Shown: positions 1 through 9,800 of the stretch, one piece after another
Layout of the letters: the number at the start of each line of letters is the position of its first letter
Numbering within the stretch: the first letter of the stretch is position 1
IMG/VR virus record: IMGVR_UViG_3300032326_000838
Location: 1-43,045 of that record
DNA from: a virus
Taxonomy: Duplodnaviria > Caudoviricetes
Length of the DNA stretch: 43,045 nucleotides
Reading direction: 5' to 3' (one strand)
Made by a program: the position numbers and the translations under genes
The notes under the pieces: model-generated
The model's database searches: none
Told to the model about the DNA's origin: nothing
Seen by the model: only the letters and a program-made list of their open reading frames with translations

Positions 1-38
1 ATGGCCTCCCGCTGTGGGGAATCATGGAGATGGGATGG

Positions 39-60
39 ATTCGTAACAATTCGTAACAAT
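39..60. repeat. 10-bp tandem repeat (ATTCGTAACA x2)
   Basis: attcgtaaca-attcgtaaca-at read directly in the non-coding left end. Confidence 0.9.
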
Positions 61-65
61 AGGGA

Positions 66-85
66 GGGAATGAGAACCATTATCA
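66..85. promoter_or_regulatory. Fur-box-like site
   Basis: GGGAATGAGAACCATTATC matches 15/19 positions of the classical GATAATGATAATCATTATC; function unproven. Confidence 0.35.
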
Positions 86-873
86 AGCCATTGGCCATAG
101 CTGTAGCGCCGGCAGGCAGGCTCCCCAGGGCTGCAGCGGATGTCAAATCTACTGACAACCCAGGCCAGCGCTGGTGGCAGGCTGGCAGGTCTGCGGCAGA
201 CCGCGCCATTGGCCGCCATGGCGATCAGCATGGGGGCATGGGGGGCGCCAGCGGGCGCGTTTTGCGGTGCAACCCATCACAAAATGCGACCCAAAAATTC
301 AGGGCCGGCAATGCGCCAAGAGATGCAGGGGTGTTGAGCAGGTTCGGCCTAGTGGCATGGGATGAGAAAAGAGCAGCAGGTCATCCATGGATGGAACTGT
401 TGTTCGGTTTTCATTCCAGGGGCAAATGGCTGTCTCCCCTTCTGCGAAATGGATTCGAAGGGCTGATGGGCAGGGAACCCGGTGTGTGATGGGTAGACGG
501 TGCCCTGAGACCGGTTGGGAGGCGAAGCCGAGCACACCGGCGGCAACCTCCCAACGCAGCAATGGCAGCTCCCCAGCCGCTGACGATGGGCCTGCTGCCG
601 ACCGGAGGCCATGGCGATGACCGAGGGTGTGGGGCAGGCCAAGCGGCTGGGGCTGGGGAGAAACGGATCGGGCTTGCGCCCGTCTTGTCTCTGGGTTCCT
701 ATACAAGAGATAAGAGTGGCGGCAAAACGGCCCAGTGGTTGCAAGGGATGTTCCCCACCGTTGTATCTTATGACTGACAAAACGGGTACGCAAACCCCTC
801 CCCCCCACTGGGTCGCAACCAGCAGGGGGAATTGAACGGGGCCCGCCGACCACCCTCCAGGACGGATCGACCT

Positions 874-1245
874 ATGCAGGCTACAGAGGGGACAGAGGAC
901 TTCCGAATGGTCCACAAGGAAGGGCTGGAGAAGCTGGACGAGGCGTTGAAGGCCAGGCGGCTGCGGCCTCGGGACGTAACGGTTTTTTGGACGGCGGCCA
1001 AGTACCTGAACCTCAGGACCGGGAAGGCCCACGTCAGCGCCGTCCAGATCGCAGGAGACCTGGGGGAGCACGCCACCCACGTCTCGGCTTCGCTGCGGAA
1101 GCTCCAGGCCGAGCTGTGCCTGGTGCGCTGCAAGGACAGGACCACCGGCGGCTACTACTTCCTGCTCAACCCCTACATCTGCTCGATCGGCGGGCCCCAG
1201 AAGCGGGGATTCCTGTGGCAGCAGTTTCAAGAAGCGCTGGAGTAG
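874..1245 (+). CDS. winged-HTH protein, RepL-like (putative replication/DNA-binding protein)
   Basis: HTH segment SAVQIAGDLGEHATHVSASLRKL followed by wing and YYFLLNPYICSIG, resembling RepL-family proteins; start 874 or 907. Confidence 0.55.
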   Translation: MQATEGTEDFRMVHKEGLEKLDEALKARRLRPRDVTVFWTAAKYLNLRTGKAHVSAVQIAGDLGEHATHVSASLRKLQAELCLVRCKDRTTGGYYFLLNPYICSIGGPQKRGFLWQQFQEALE

Positions 1246-1261
1246 GTAGGCTCAGGGAGTA

Positions 1262-1675
1262 ATGCGCTCCAGGGTTGCAGTGGCTAGCTACGTGTCGATC
1301 AGCGTGGAGGAATTGGGCAGGCTGGGCCTGTCGAGCACCTTTGTCGAGGAGGGGGAGTTGGCTGCCGCCAGGGCGCGGTATCAAGCCAAGGTTGGGACCG
1401 TGGTGCCAACCGCAAAACCCTCTCTTCAGGTTGGCGAGGAAGAATTTGCGGCCTTTATGGCGTGGAAGGCCAAGGCCAGCCACGAAGGCGCGGTCGCCGC
1501 TGCTGTGTCTGACGCGGTGATGTTCCACGAGCTGGACCCCCTGCTGGAAGCAGTCAGGGACGACGAGGCCCCCCAGCCCACCCAGGATGCCCAGGGGCAG
1601 GCCCCGGAGGCTGAAGAGGCGCCAGAGGCCCCCGTTGTCGCTGAAGAGCCCAAGCAGGGGCGGGGGAAGCGGTGA
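1262..1675 (+). CDS. hypothetical protein with acidic Pro/Ala-rich C-terminus
   Basis: Phage-like codon usage, overlaps next ORF (GTGA); true start may be GTG 1280. Confidence 0.65.
   Translation: MRSRVAVASYVSISVEELGRLGLSSTFVEEGELAAARARYQAKVGTVVPTAKPSLQVGEEEFAAFMAWKAKASHEGAVAAAVSDAVMFHELDPLLEAVRDDEAPQPTQDAQGQAPEAEEAPEAPVVAEEPKQGRGKR
1267..1280. promoter_or_regulatory. CTNCA-N4-TGNAG box
   Basis: CTCCA-GGGT-TGCAG, whose last G is the first base of GTG 1280. Confidence 0.55.
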
Positions 1676-1917
1676 GCCGCGACGAACGTTTCGAGGAGGC
1701 CGGCGCCCGGTTCTGGGAGGCAGCAAAGGCGCTGATCGTCCTGAAGAACATCGACCTGCTCGATGCCGCCACCGACGCCATGAGGCAACAGGCCAAGGAG
1801 TTTGCCGAAGGCATCAATGGCCCCCACGTTGGCTGCATGTGCGAGCGCTGCATTGAACTGCGGGAGCAGATCGCAGCCCAGCCTGCCGATGCGCCTGACC
1901 CAACGGATGCCTGGTAA
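1672..1917 (+). CDS. hypothetical protein (CxCxxC motif)
   Basis: Coupled to the upstream ORF; contains CMCERC. Confidence 0.6.
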   Translation: MSRDERFEEAGARFWEAAKALIVLKNIDLLDAATDAMRQQAKEFAEGINGPHVGCMCERCIELREQIAAQPADAPDPTDAW

Positions 1918-1954
1918 GGTGGCTGAGTCAATCATCTTGTCGGGTGAAAGGCAG

Positions 1955-1990
1955 GCAAAGCCCCACGGCCCTGAAAGCCGGGGGTTTTGC
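1955..1990. terminator. stem-loop upstream of terL (terminator/attenuator-like)
   Basis: GCAAAGCCCC-ACGGC...GCCG-GGGGTTTTGC inverted repeat. Confidence 0.5.
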
Positions 1991-1991
1991 T

Positions 1992-3818
1992 GTGTCTGAG
2001 CGCTACCCGAACTCCATCCTTCCAGAAGAGCTGGAATCATTCCCGTACTTCCTTGCTTGGGGGATGCGGGAAACCGGATTGATCGGACCGGAGGAAGAGC
2101 CCACCAGGATGCAGCTGCTGATCGCTGACTGGCTGAATCACGAAGCAGGCGGGGCCTCCATCACGGCCGCTTTTCGAGAGGCGTCAAAGTCTTACATCGC
2201 TGGCTGGGCCGCGCTGCACCGGCTAAGCCTGGATCCGTTCAACGAGAAGGTGCTGCTGACCGGTGCCACGGCCAAGAAGCCGACTGAGGTCAGCAGTTGG
2301 ATGCAGAAGACCGTTGCGGCGGTAGATCTTTTCGAGCCTTTGCGGCCACGGCGTGATCAGCTGTCTTCGGTGATTGCGTGGGACGTGGGGCCCAGTTCGA
2401 TCGACCAGGCCCCAAGCGTGCGGGTCTCGGGGATCCTTTCCCCTGGCCTGACCGGCTCCCGTGCCACCTTCATCCTGCCGGATGACGTGGAGAACGAAAG
2501 CAACAGCATCACGCTGCTCAAGCAGCAACGGCTGGCGTCGATCTTCAACGAGCTGGTGGCCATCTTGAAGGTGCCGGCCCCGGGTCAGATGAAGCGCTCC
2601 ATCCGGGTGCTGGGCACCCCGCACATCGAGACCAGTTTGTACCTGGAGCTATCGCGCAACCGCGGCTATGGGATCCGCTATTTCCCGGCCCGATACCCAG
2701 ACCCCAACGACGAGAACAGCTGGGGTTGTTACGACGGCAACCTATGTCCGCAGCTAGCGGAAGAGGTCAAACAGCACCCATGGCTAATTGGGATGCCGAC
2801 CGATCCAGAGCGGTTCCCAGAGGAAGTGTTGCTTGAAAAGGAGCTGAGGGGCACCAGAGCATGGGTGCAGCTTCAGTACCAGCTCAACTGCCGGCTGAGC
2901 ACCGCCGAGAAGTACCCCTGCCGCCTGGGCGACCTGCTGGTGTTGAGCCTGGACGGCAAGGCGCTGCCGGAGCTGCTGGCATGGAGCGGCAGCCCGGAGC
3001 AGCGCATCAACCCGTTCGGCATCAAGGACGAGCTGCAGTGCGTGGGCATGGGCTCCGATCGCTTCTATCACCGCCCGGTGATGCAGGGCGGCTGGCTGCC
3101 ACGGTCGGAGGTGTGGCGAACGGTAATGGCGATCGACCCATCAGCCCGGGGCCGCGACGAAATGGCGTGGGTGGTGCTGGCGGAGCTGAACGGCAACGTG
3201 TTTGCGCTGGATTGGGGAGGCACGCAGGCCGGCTTTGAGGATGCGACCCTGACGGCTCTTTGCGAAAAGGCCAAGCAGTGGGGTGTCCAGGTGGTGCTGC
3301 CAGAGCCCAACTACGGCGGCGGCATGTTCAACCAGATCCTACTGCCCCACATGCAGCGGATCTACCCGAACTGCTCGATCCTGGGGCCTGATGAGGTGCC
3401 ATGGAGCACGGCGCAGAAGGAAGTCCGCATCGTGAACACCGTGGCCCCCCTGGTCCAGCAGCACCGGCTGGTGGTCAACGAGGCCCGAATCCAGTCGGAA
3501 TGGGAGGAGGCCGAGCGGGATCCTGAAACTGGGCACAAGCGGACGCTGATGTTCCAGCTCAGCAGGGTTACAACCGACCGCAACTGCCTGCAATGGATCG
3601 ACCGGCTCGATGCCCTGGCGATCGGTTGCGCTTGGTTTGAGGAATCAGCGGCCCAGGATCAAGCGAAGGTGACGGAGCAGCGCAACGCGGAAAAGCTCCA
3701 GGCCGTTATGGACGCAATCCACGACGAATCAGGGCGTGGTATCGAGGCCCTGGCCCTGGGGCTGCCACTCAACGGCTACCACAGCGGCCGAGCTGTCGGC
3801 GGCCTCAAGCGCCGCTAA
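1992..3818 (+). CDS. terL: terminase large subunit (T7 gp19-like)
   Basis: AFREASKS (Walker A region), GSRATFILPDDVE (Walker B), LGTP, nuclease AIDPSARGRDE and DRLDALA; start GTG 1992 (ORF open from 1944). Confidence 0.95.
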   Translation: MSERYPNSILPEELESFPYFLAWGMRETGLIGPEEEPTRMQLLIADWLNHEAGGASITAAFREASKSYIAGWAALHRLSLDPFNEKVLLTGATAKKPTEVSSWMQKTVAAVDLFEPLRPRRDQLSSVIAWDVGPSSIDQAPSVRVSGILSPGLTGSRATFILPDDVENESNSITLLKQQRLASIFNELVAILKVPAPGQMKRSIRVLGTPHIETSLYLELSRNRGYGIRYFPARYPDPNDENSWGCYDGNLCPQLAEEVKQHPWLIGMPTDPERFPEEVLLEKELRGTRAWVQLQYQLNCRLSTAEKYPCRLGDLLVLSLDGKALPELLAWSGSPEQRINPFGIKDELQCVGMGSDRFYHRPVMQGGWLPRSEVWRTVMAIDPSARGRDEMAWVVLAELNGNVFALDWGGTQAGFEDATLTALCEKAKQWGVQVVLPEPNYGGGMFNQILLPHMQRIYPNCSILGPDEVPWSTAQKEVRIVNTVAPLVQQHRLVVNEARIQSEWEEAERDPETGHKRTLMFQLSRVTTDRNCLQWIDRLDALAIGCAWFEESAAQDQAKVTEQRNAEKLQAVMDAIHDESGRGIEALALGLPLNGYHSGRAVGGLKRR

Positions 3819-4109
3819 GTGCGGGGATACCTTCAGCCTGGCTTCTAGGTGGCCTTTGGGGATCCGGCTGCCGACAAGGGCCTTGGCCAGGGCCCCCAGG
3901 GGGTCTTCCGGCGTGGCTGCCACTGAGATGTTGTTCTGCTTGAGCAGCTGCAGCGCTGTCCTGAGGTCGTCATTGGACGCCGGAACGGTTACAGGAACGC
4001 CATCGGCATCGGGAGGGCCCGGCCTGCCGTGTTGCACCACCTCCAGAACGACATCGGCAACCGCATGGTGCAGCTCTTCCAGCTTTTTCTTAAGGCTTTC
4101 TTGATCCAT
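3729..4109 (-). CDS. terS: terminase small subunit (T7 gp18-like)
   Basis: LEELHHAVA...ASNDDLRTALQLLKQNNIS pattern typical of gp18-like proteins; position after the lysis genes. Confidence 0.7.
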   Translation of the reverse strand: MDQESLKKKLEELHHAVADVVLEVVQHGRPGPPDADGVPVTVPASNDDLRTALQLLKQNNISVAATPEDPLGALAKALVGSRIPKGHLEARLKVSPHLAALEAADSSAAVVAVEWQPQGQGLDTTP

Positions 4110-4115
4110 GATGGT

Positions 4116-4129
4116 CTCCAGCCTTGCAG
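4116..4129. promoter_or_regulatory. CTNCA-N4-TGNAG box between divergent terS and endolysin
   Basis: CTCCA-GCCT-TGCAG in a 32-bp divergent gap. Confidence 0.6.
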
Positions 4130-4141
4130 AATTACAGCATC

Positions 4142-4675
4142 ATGGCCGCCAAGTTCCCCAATCCGCTGGATGTCAAGTGGCAGAGCCAGAACGACAACGC
4201 CAGCGGCACTGGTTACCGGGAGTGCTTCAGTTCCAGCTGCGCCATGTTGGCCATGTTCTGGGGCAAGATTGCCAACGATGACGCCTACAACCGGGTCCGG
4301 GCTGTATTTGGCGATTCCACCAACGCCGAAGCCCAGCTGAGAGCGCTGCGGTCACTTGGCCTGGATGCCAACTTCAGGACCGATGCTGCCCCTGCTGACA
4401 TTCAGACAGAGATCAACGCCGGTCGGCCCGTTGCGGTGGGCTGGCTGCATCAGGGCAATGTGTCGAACCCTGGCGGCGGCGGCCATTGGAGCGTGATTGT
4501 TGGCTACACCCCAACCATTTGGATCCATAACGACCCGAACGGCGAGGCAAGGCTGGTGCAGGGAGGTTATACCGCCAATTACAACGGCTACCGCCAGTCC
4601 TACAGCCGGAAAAATTGGAATCCGCGCTGGATGCCGGGTGGTAGTGGCGGCTGGATGCTCACCTGTCGCCCGTAG
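4142..4675 (+). CDS. endolysin, peptidase C39-like cysteine peptidase
   Basis: YRECFSSSCAM (Cys), GGGHWSVIVG (His), HNDPNG (Asp); adjacent to holin. Confidence 0.85.
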   Translation: MAAKFPNPLDVKWQSQNDNASGTGYRECFSSSCAMLAMFWGKIANDDAYNRVRAVFGDSTNAEAQLRALRSLGLDANFRTDAAPADIQTEINAGRPVAVGWLHQGNVSNPGGGGHWSVIVGYTPTIWIHNDPNGEARLVQGGYTANYNGYRQSYSRKNWNPRWMPGGSGGWMLTCRP

Positions 4676-4874
4676 CCGGGGGATCGCTGGGGGGCGGGGC
4701 CTCGTCTTCCCGTTTGCGGGCCTGCAATTCCCTCTCCAGCCAGTCCAGGGGCGATTTCACCAGGATGCCGGCGGCAAAATTCCACCGTGGCTCGCAAAAT
4801 TCCCACGGCTTGGGGGCTCGCAGCTCACACGCGGCCAGGTAGGAGGCAAGAAATCCGCTGACCATCCACATCAT
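4659..4874 (-). CDS. small hydrophobic protein (possible lysis accessory)
   Basis: ATGA-coupled to the holin-like gene; hydrophobic N-terminus. Confidence 0.55.
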   Translation of the reverse strand: MMWMVSGFLASYLAACELRAPKPWEFCEPRWNFAAGILVKSPLDWLERELQARKREDEAPPPSDPPATGDR

Positions 4875-5074
4875 TTCGTGTGGGCCTCCACAACCCTGAT
4901 CCGGTCTTCGTGATCGTTGATTTTTTCGTGATGATGGGCCAGCAAGGCGTCAATTCGGCCTTGAGACTTGCCCAAGTGGTTGCCGATCGACCACAACGCC
5001 TTAACGGCTGAGCCACCAAGGGTCAAGACTGCAGCGACGGTGGCGAGGACGCCGGCTACTTCAACGACTCCCAC
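4871..5074 (-). CDS. putative holin / small membrane protein
   Basis: N-terminal TM helix then coiled tail (HEDRIRVVE); directly downstream of the tail fibre. Confidence 0.55.
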   Translation of the reverse strand: MGVVEVAGVLATVAAVLTLGGSAVKALWSIGNHLGKSQGRIDALLAHHHEKINDHEDRIRVVEAHTK

Positions 5075-5087
5075 TACAGGGCTGCAG
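5074..5087. promoter_or_regulatory. CTNCA-N4-TGNAG box
   Basis: CTACA-GGGC-TGCAG abutting the holin GTG; TAAAAT 11 nt upstream on the minus strand. Confidence 0.6.
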
Positions 5088-5127
5088 AGTTCTGGTGGAT
5101 TTTAGCTTGTTCCGCTGCTTACGGGCA

Positions 5128-6825
5128 TTAACTGCGAGGCAGCGGCCCGGTCGGGACGACGTGAGGCCGTGCGACTAGAGACACCTGGAAGTCGCTGATA
5201 TATCCATTCCATCGGCGAGATATGAAATCACCACCTTGCAACCCAATTGCCAGAAGAGTTTGGGTAATGCTACTGCCGTAGGGACTGGTGTCGGGGGATG
5301 GATCTGCCTCGCCATTTATAGATGTTGTCACAATTCCGTCTGCCCTAGTGTGCTGAAAGAATGCCCATTGATTTATTACCGGAACATCGAGCGGTCCATT
5401 GTGAACAAACCCGGCGCCCGTGACGGTAATCCAATTAACACCAGATCGCAAACATTGCAAAGCATCGTTAGGAACAAAGAAATTAGACGCATCAAAGTTG
5501 TCGTAAAACTGGAACAATCCGTCTTGTGTGTTCCCGGTCTGCATAAACCAAAACCGTATTGTATAGTTTGACGTGCCTATAATATCTGCTAGCGCAGCAG
5601 ACATCCAGGCACCAGTAGCGCCACTAAAGAATGCGCTAGAAGTGCCCCACTTTCCTACTGTTGTGCTTATTGACACGTTACCAGGCGTCACTGACAGCGA
5701 TCTACCGCTTATATCAGTGAAGCCTGTGTCGCTGGTTAGCGGTAAATGCAGGATTACAGAACTGTACCCAGGATCTTTCCCTACAAGCTTAGGAGGTGTA
5801 GTCGTGGCGCTAAGATTAACCGGGATGCCTAGGCTATGGTATTTCATTATCGCCCTTTCGGCGACATTCTTAGGCCTAGCTTCTTGGCCTGCACCAATAA
5901 CCAAAGTCGAGCCTGTGCCCTCTGGATTAAAAGCAACATCCCCCGCCCCCTCCGCTGGTGTGTCCCGTCTGTAAGGAATAACAATTTCCTTGTTTTGATC
6001 CGGCTGATAGCTGCCCTTTACCCGGCCTGGATCCAGCCCTCTGCCATTATCCAGGCCCCGCAGGACAACTCCTCGCAGGTCTGGGCCGGCCACAAACGTT
6101 GTCGAGCCGTTGCCAGCTCCGTAGGATGTGCCATGCTTCAGGAACAATTCGGCAAACGCAACCCGACTCACGGTTGCGCCAATGGCTGGGCCCCAGCCCA
6201 GTGGGTCTGTAGGTGAAGTTGTATAAGCAATGTCGCCAACCTCACCAGCCCCACTAGCGGCTAGCTTTACGTCTGCAACGCTGCTATTAACCCCTGCCAG
6301 CTGAGCCGTAACTACAGCATTAGCTGCATTTACTTGTGCCAGTAGTGCAGCATTTGCCGCATTAACTTGCGCCAGCAATGCAGCATTCTGCTGCGTCACT
6401 TCTTGGGTTACGGTATTAAGCTGCCCACCTAGCTGCTGACTTGTGCTTAGCGATATTGACACCGATATATTGGCTTTGTCCAGGTTCTCCTGAACCGCGT
6501 ACAGATTCTGTTTGTCAGCTATCAGCAGATCAGTCGCATCAATGTTTGACCCATCGGTCCAACCCACCAGTGGCGCATTGATCGGCGTGCCACGAATCAC
6601 GGTCAGGGTTCTGCCTGCCGTGCTGACAACCATGCTGATCTGGCCGTCATTGATCCAGTTGTAATCAGTGCCAGCGATATAGAGCTGGTCAAATGTGCCT
6701 TCAGACAGGCTCAGGTTGGCGAATACCTGGATGTGAGACCTTGAGATAAAGGGGAACGGGACGGGCACCGATAAGCCCGCAGCGCCCCCCTGCAGGGTGC
6801 GATAGCTGTAAGGGGTGCCGGTCAT
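5128..6825 (-). CDS. tail fibre (T7 gp17-like N-terminus, tail-collar domain, C-terminal ConA/LamG-like domain)
   Basis: VPFPFISRSHIQV...IRGTP N-terminal adaptor; collar motif GDIAY...AELF...GNGSTTF..PDLRG; C-terminal LHLPL...WNGYISDFQVS. Confidence 0.9.
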   Translation of the reverse strand: MTGTPYSYRTLQGGAAGLSVPVPFPFISRSHIQVFANLSLSEGTFDQLYIAGTDYNWINDGQISMVVSTAGRTLTVIRGTPINAPLVGWTDGSNIDATDLLIADKQNLYAVQENLDKANISVSISLSTSQQLGGQLNTVTQEVTQQNAALLAQVNAANAALLAQVNAANAVVTAQLAGVNSSVADVKLAASGAGEVGDIAYTTSPTDPLGWGPAIGATVSRVAFAELFLKHGTSYGAGNGSTTFVAGPDLRGVVLRGLDNGRGLDPGRVKGSYQPDQNKEIVIPYRRDTPAEGAGDVAFNPEGTGSTLVIGAGQEARPKNVAERAIMKYHSLGIPVNLSATTTPPKLVGKDPGYSSVILHLPLTSDTGFTDISGRSLSVTPGNVSISTTVGKWGTSSAFFSGATGAWMSAALADIIGTSNYTIRFWFMQTGNTQDGLFQFYDNFDASNFFVPNDALQCLRSGVNWITVTGAGFVHNGPLDVPVINQWAFFQHTRADGIVTTSINGEADPSPDTSPYGSSITQTLLAIGLQGGDFISRRWNGYISDFQVSLVARPHVVPTGPLPRS

Positions 6826-6830
6826 AACGT

Positions 6831-6844
6831 CTGCATGGCTGCAG
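6831..6844. promoter_or_regulatory. CTNCA-N4-TGNAG box upstream of tail fibre
   Basis: GTCTGCA-TGGC-TGCAGAC (7-bp arms), a few nt before the ATG. Confidence 0.65.
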
Positions 6845-6864
6845 ACATTCTGGCAGGCCCCGCC

Positions 6865-9800
6865 TTAGTCGCCCTGCGGTAAAGCCTGAAGCACCCCCGC
6901 CTTCTCGATTGCCCGCTGCAAGCTGCCCTCGTTGGCGGCGGTCATCAGCCGCTGGTATTCCTGCGCTGGCTCGGTGTCGCTGCCGTCCAGCTCCCAGATG
7001 GCCCTGTTTTCGTAGTAGCTCTTGACCGCCCGGATCATCCACGGGCCAGGCTGCTGCAGCCGTGCCGCCGGCGGCAGGTCGTTCACCTCGGGGTTGGAGC
7101 TGGTGAGCTTGTTGGCTTGGATCGCCTTGTACTCGGGGGACCGGAACAGGTGTTCCATGGCCTGGTAGACGGTGCGGCCCTTGACCGCCCGGGCAACGGC
7201 ATCACCCAGCGCCGTGGGGATCGGCACGTTGACGCCAAACCGGACCTTGGACCCGTTGGGTAGGTCGATGATGGTTTCCTCCCTGCCCTGCACCGCATAG
7301 GTGAATGCCTGACCGGCCAGGTATCGGGTTGCCGGGAAGTCGTCCTCGCCGACGATGGTGCCGATGTAGCCGTTCAGCTCCTTCTGCACCTCGGGGCTCA
7401 ATGGCACCCCCTTGTGGTGGGCGGACAGCAGCGGTGTGGGCGGATCCAGCAGCTGCTGCTTCTCCAGCTCCCGATGCACCGGTGAGTTGTAGAAGCCGGG
7501 GAAGCCGCTGGGGAAGCCCTCCTGATCCATGCCCTCGGGCAGGTGGATGGCACGGCCCAGCCAGTCGGTTTCGCGGTAAGGGATGCCGGCGATCCGGCCA
7601 GCCAGCGGCTGCAGGTTCACCAGCAGGTTCTTGATGCCATCACGGGTGAACTGCAGCTCGGGTGGCAGTTCTGCTTTGGCGATCAACTGCTCGTCTGCCG
7701 GGCTGATCTTGGGGTACTCGAACATGTCATTGCGGGTGGAGCCGCTGTAGCGCTCAATCATCCGGGTGGGCCCGCTGAAGGGGTTGAACTGGCCCGCTGC
7801 CACCCATCCAGCGAACTTGCCCCAGGCTTGCTCGTCACCCCGGCTGGATAGCTCCAGGAGGCGCTGCATCATTGCCAGGGTGGTCTGGCGGACTATGGCG
7901 CCAGTGAGAACCTGCATCATTCCCATGGCGACCTTGCGCTTATCCATCTGGCTGGCACCCGCCGCTTCCATGGCATCCTTCACGTCCTTCCACAGGAAAA
8001 GGGTGTTCAGGATTGGGATGCCACCCAACGGGATTGGGATGCCATAAACACTGTTCGGCACCCGGCCCTCAGCCTTCATTCTCGCCAACCACTGCTGCCG
8101 GTCCTTGGGGTCCACCGGGCCATTGCCGGTGAGCTTGCCGGTGTCGTTGTCGAGGGCGAAGAAACCCGCGGCGAGCAGGCCGCTTGTAACCCATGCCGCC
8201 TCCACCTGAGCGGTCTGGGCCGCCGTGGGCATTCGGCCGTGCAGCTTCTCGTTGAGGAACTTGAGCGTCGGCACCGTTGGTCCCAGGCCCATTTCCATCA
8301 CGTCGAAGATCAGGCCGTTAATCGGCATCTTGATCACTGGCGCCAGCACGGCATCGCCAATCCAGCTCGATTCCTGAACGGCCTTTGCCACCTTGTACGC
8401 GGTGCCGCCAAGCGGCCCGTCTGGCGTGTTCTGGAATCGCATCCTGTCGGCATAGTCCCAGGCCCGCTGGGACAGGTCGTCAGCAAGCACGGGGTAACCG
8501 ACCACCCGGTTGGACTTGATCATGTAAGCCCGCAACTGCTCGTCATCCACCATCTCGGCAGTGAGGCTGTGCTTCCTGCGGAAGTCGAGCAGGTTCTGCT
8601 CGGTGGGGATCTCCTGGTAGACGGCATCCTCCATCTTCTTGTTCACCCAGTCATTGACCCGTTGGGTGTCAGGGATGCCTGCATCGTCAAGCAAGCCCAG
8701 CTGCAGGCCATCCTTGCGAGCCTGCATCAGCAGATCGTTGCGCATCTTGAAGCGGAAGAGCCGCATCCCAGCAACGTTGTCCACTGCGGCAAGGCCCGCG
8801 AAGGCTTGGTTGATCGGGAAGTCAATGCCGGTTGCTTTCTTCAGCAGGGCATGAATTGTGAGCCTGGTGCCCACATGGATCTTGTCGCGCAGGTCCCGCA
8901 GCAGGCCCTCGTCGCCCAGCAAGCCTTTGCCGCCTGGGCTGAAGTCGGCGATGTTGGCCCATGGGTTGGCAATCGGCTTGTGCCACACCTCCCGCGCCAC
9001 CCGCAGCGCTTCTTCGGGGTCCATGGTTTTCCCGTGGACCGTCACATCGTTGGCGAATGGGGTGTTGCCTGTCAGGAACCCTTCTCGGTAAAGCTCCATG
9101 GCGCCAAGGTTCATCGTGGCGCCCATTTGTTTGTTGGCCTCCCATGCGACCTGGATGCCCTCCAGCCGGTCCTTCATTGATGTCCGAAAGAGCTTGGTGC
9201 CAAACGGCGCCATCATCGGCCCGTTCTCAATCGCCGTCCGCAGCAGTCCGACCCGTTCCATGACCGCGTTGCTGCCCAGGTTGAGCACCACTTGGGTATT
9301 GAAATTCCAGAACCAGGAATCCTTGAAATAGCCAAGATCCCGCCTAGCGCCAGGGGATCGCCACAGCCGGTCCAGCGCCGCCTCGGGGTCGATGCTGTCG
9401 ATCCTGATGTCAAGCTCCAGCTGCTTCAGGGCTTCAACGCCATCAGGGCCCTGATCGATGGCCTGCAGCACCTTGCCGATCAGGGTGTCGTCCCCCAGGT
9501 CGTCCGGGGTCAGGTTCAGGGGATCACCGCCGGGCACGCCAGGCGTGGCCTCCGGGGGCGCCCAGATGTCGCGGGTGGGGGCTGGCAGGTCCGACCCGTC
9601 GCCAATCGCCCGCTGCAGGCTTTGGAGGTACTTGCCACCCTGTCGCCGGGCGAAGGCGTTGTGGCGCTCTGCGATTAGCGCCTTTTTGTAGTTCTCGACG
9701 AACCTGGCGCCAAGCTCCGTAGGCGGCGTGTCCCCCGCTTCCTGCATGAAGCCACGCAACGCGGCAATGGACTCCACCAGGTTGTGCTTACTAAAATCAG

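Noticed and set aside
1-489. 162-aa ORF at the window start
   Set aside because: Low-complexity translation over repeat and regulatory-like DNA, no recognisable domain
4110-4700. Invertase-controlled flip of the endolysin or terL block
   Set aside because: No flanking inverted repeats or serine invertase found, and overlapping gene ends suggest a fixed arrangement
5128-6825. Diversity-generating retroelement acting on the tail fibre
   Set aside because: No reverse transcriptase and no template/variable repeat pair seen
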